NCBI GenBank assembly: GCA_964343355.1
Contig: CAYFJC010000003.1
Span: 1-49,020 of the forward strand
Direction: 5' to 3'
Length of the DNA stretch: 49,020 bases
Source of the DNA: an uncultured Gammaproteobacteria bacterium
GTDB lineage: Bacteria; Pseudomonadota; Gammaproteobacteria; Magnimaribacterales; D2472
A program made the position numbers and the translations under genes. Shown here one piece after another: positions 46,673 to 49,020 of the stretch (positions are counted from its first letter, which is position 1; each line of letters starts with the position of its first letter). Below the pieces are notes generated by a model. It searched no databases and was not told the DNA's origin. It saw nothing but the letters and a program-made list of their open reading frames with translations.

Positions 46673-47927
46673 ATGTTTTTTTAATAATTTTAACTTGGGC
46701 TATTGAGTTATCTTCGATCTGCATAATTTCAAATCTATACCCATTTATTTCAACACAAAGATTAGCTTGAGGTATCTGATCTAAGTACTCTGTAAGTAAA
46801 CCATTAATGGTTTTAGAATTTATTTCCGGTATCAACCATTTAGAGTATTTATTTAGATCCCTAATTTTACAATTTCCATCTGTAATAATTGATCCATCTT
46901 TTCTTTTAATAAACTCTTTCTCAAATTCAATTTTTTCATTTCCAAACCTTCCTACTATTTCAGCAAAAATATCCTCTAGCGTAATTAAACCCTCAATTTC
47001 TCCATACTCATCTACAACCATGCCAATATTTCTATCAGATTTTTGGAATTCACTTAATTGTTTAATTAAAGTTGTTGATTGCGAAACAAAATATGTTTCA
47101 GAAAGAATAGCCTTAAAATCTTCTTTTTCCTCTAAAAGATTCAAGAAAGAGTGAGAATCTTTTAAATGCAAAACTCCCATTATTCCATCTATTGAACCTT
47201 TATAAACAGGTAATAGTGAGTAAGAACTAGATTCTATAATACTTTTAGCATTCTTAAATGAGTCGTTGATATTGATCCCAATGACTTCTGATGTAGGTAT
47301 CATAATGTCTTCAACAACAAGCTCTTCCATGCCTAAGATAGAAGATAACATTTCCTTAAATTGAAAGGGAATTAAGTCACCAGATTCATCAAGTAATATT
47401 CTTAATTCCTGGGTATTAAGATTATCATTAGCATGAGACTTGTTAATATCCAGCTTAATAACTTTAAGCAATCTCGAGCTGATTGCATTGATAACGACTA
47501 TTATAGGGCTGAAAATTAAACTAAATACTTTCAGTAAACCAGAAGATTTAATTGCAAACTCCTCAGGCTTGATCGCTGCTATAGTTTTTGGTGTAATTTC
47601 TGAGAAGATTAATACAAAGACAGTTAGCAATATAGACCCAACCAGAACACTGCCATTAAAATAATCTAACATTAAAATAGTTACAATTGCTGAGGCTAAT
47701 ATATTTGCAAAATTATTCCCAACTAATATTGCAGATAAGAGTCGATCAGGTCTTTTAAGTAAATCTAATGCTCTTGCTGCACCTTTATTATTTTTTTTTG
47801 ACAAATTTTTAAGCTTGACTTTATTGGAGGCCATCATCCCAGTCTCAGATCCTGAAAAAAAGCCAGAAAGCACTAATAGAAATATTAATACTATTAATAA
47901 AAATAATAACGATGGGTTTTCTAACAT
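46671..47927 (-). CDS. CNNM/DUF21-CBS-CorC membrane protein (YfjD-like)
   Basis: SGFFSGSET, LVGNN.AN, SE.TPK, V.DIM.P, VVDEYG..EG..T.ED..EIVG, T.NG..EYL..IP. Confidence 0.92.
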   Translation of the reverse strand: MLENPSLLFLLIVLIFLLVLSGFFSGSETGMMASNKVKLKNLSKKNNKGAARALDLLKRPDRLLSAILVGNNFANILASAIVTILMLDYFNGSVLVGSILLTVFVLIFSEITPKTIAAIKPEEFAIKSSGLLKVFSLIFSPIIVVINAISSRLLKVIKLDINKSHANDNLNTQELRILLDESGDLIPFQFKEMLSSILGMEELVVEDIMIPTSEVIGININDSFKNAKSIIESSSYSLLPVYKGSIDGIMGVLHLKDSHSFLNLLEEKEDFKAILSETYFVSQSTTLIKQLSEFQKSDRNIGMVVDEYGEIEGLITLEDIFAEIVGRFGNEKIEFEKEFIKRKDGSIITDGNCKIRDLNKYSKWLIPEINSKTINGLLTEYLDQIPQANLCVEINGYRFEIMQIEDNSIAQVKIIKKT

Positions 47928-48505
47928 TAAGCTATTGTACTAAAAATAAATGAATTGCCTAAATAGGCTATTAATATAAATATTAAGGTAAAGACCAAAC
48001 CTCTTACAGCGTACTTAGTTCTGAGATTGAAGAATTTCATTCCAATCAATATTGCAAAATAAATTAACCAAGAAATTAAAGTATATAAGGCCTTAAGCTG
48101 GATCTCTGTTGTAACAATATCAGTGATATAAAAACCACTTAACAAAGCAAAACTTAAAAAAGCTATACCCAAACCAGCTAATTTAAAAGTAGTTTTATAA
48201 TTCTTCTCTATAGAAATCGGCATTAAGTCATTAACTTCACCACTTTTAACCTTATTTACACGCCACTCTAGTAAAAAAACCTCATAACTACTAATAAATA
48301 AAAATGCTATCGACATGCTCGTAACGTAAAAATGAAGTGAAGTCATAAAGTCATTAGATTGCTGACTGTAAAAAATAAAATAGGCAATAAAGCCTATTAA
48401 ACAGGCGATAATAGAAGATATATAAATATAATTAGATCTTTTATAGAATATTTTCGTTAGAAAATACGCAGTTGTTGAGCTGAATGCTATATATAAAAGG
48501 TTCAT
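47927..48505 (-). CDS. Cytochrome c assembly family membrane protein (YpjD-like), short
   Basis: Hydrophobic, with C-terminal W..Y...L.G and LAY.G motifs. Directly upstream of the yfjD-like gene as in other gammaproteobacteria. Confidence 0.65.
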   Translation of the reverse strand: MNLLYIAFSSTTAYFLTKIFYKRSNYIYISSIIACLIGFIAYFIFYSQQSNDFMTSLHFYVTSMSIAFLFISSYEVFLLEWRVNKVKSGEVNDLMPISIEKNYKTTFKLAGLGIAFLSFALLSGFYITDIVTTEIQLKALYTLISWLIYFAILIGMKFFNLRTKYAVRGLVFTLIFILIAYLGNSFIFSTIA

Positions 48506-48607
48506 TTAATTGTTAGTTTGTAAAAACTTATATATTAATACTATCAAAATTATCAAGGTTAAACTAAAATAAGCGCCTTTTTAACATAAATTTTTATTTG
48601 AGACAGT

Positions 48608-49020
48608 ATGGTAATTATAAGATTAGCTAGAAGTGGGGCGAAAAAAAACCCTTACTACAATATAACAGTTGCAGATGAGAGAAAGCCAAGAGATGGCGCT
48701 TTCATTGAAAGATTAGGATTTTTTAATCCAACCGCAAAAGGCCAAGAAGAAAGACTAAGAGTTGATCTTGAAAAAGTTGACCTATGGATCTCAAAAGGGG
48801 CTCAGATGAGCGATAGAGTTAGTAGCCTTGTAAAGGAAGCTAAACTTTCCCCAGAAGAGCTTGAAGTTAAACTTGCTGCTAAAAATGCAAAACAAGAAGC
48901 TAAAAAGGATGCAATTGCTAAAAGATTAGCTGAAGAAGCTGCTGCTAAGGCAGCTGAAGAAGAGGCAGCAAAGGCAGAAGAAGAGGCAGCGAAAGTTGAA
49001 GAAGCTCCAGCTGAAGAAGT
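48608..49020 (+). CDS. rpsP: 30S ribosomal protein S16 with long Ala/Glu/Lys-rich C-terminal extension (runs off the window end)
   Basis: Not in the ORF track. Manual translation from ATG 48608 gives [41 protein letters not shown]...KGAQMSDRV, open to the end of the window. Confidence 0.96.
   Translation, partial: MVIIRLARSGAKKNPYYNITVADERKPRDGAFIERLGFFNPTAKGQEERLRVDLEKVDLWISKGAQMSDRVSSLVKEAKLSPEELEVKLAAKNAKQEAKKDAIAKRLAEEAAAKAAEEEAAKAEEEAAKVEEAPAEE

Overview
A very gene-dense, AT-rich core-genome segment of a streamlined gammaproteobacterium. A SAR86-like marine lineage is my inference from composition, gene overlaps and protein style; it is not established. In order, the window holds tRNA-Lys(TTT), an NTT/AAA-family transporter, bepA, perM, bcp and dapA-bamC-purC. 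Next come an isc operon without hscBA (iscRSUA-fdx-iscX), ndk-rlmN-rodZ-ispG-hisS-yfgM-bamB-der and sdhCDAB-sucAB-lpdA-sucCD. A mixed block follows: MATE, hexapeptide acyltransferase, pdxB, orphan winged-helix protein, selO, yhhQ and msrB. The window ends with murJ-ribF-ileS-lspA-ispH, ampD-ampG-vanZ, groES-groEL, corC/ypjD-like genes and a truncated rpsP. I saw no mobile element, CRISPR array or defence system. The most interesting signals are: (1) a near-perfect Fur box on a promoter in front of a structured leader and an orphan regulator; (2) an IscR operator/promoter written into the last codons of purC, giving an apparently leaderless GTG start; (3) clean loss of hscBA, with an altered HscA-docking motif in IscU; (4) no ffh at its usual place before rpsP; (5) an acyltransferase whose first ~100 codons lack an in-frame start; (6) an N-terminal tandem duplication in BamB; (7) similar C-terminal tails on several Fe-S proteins.
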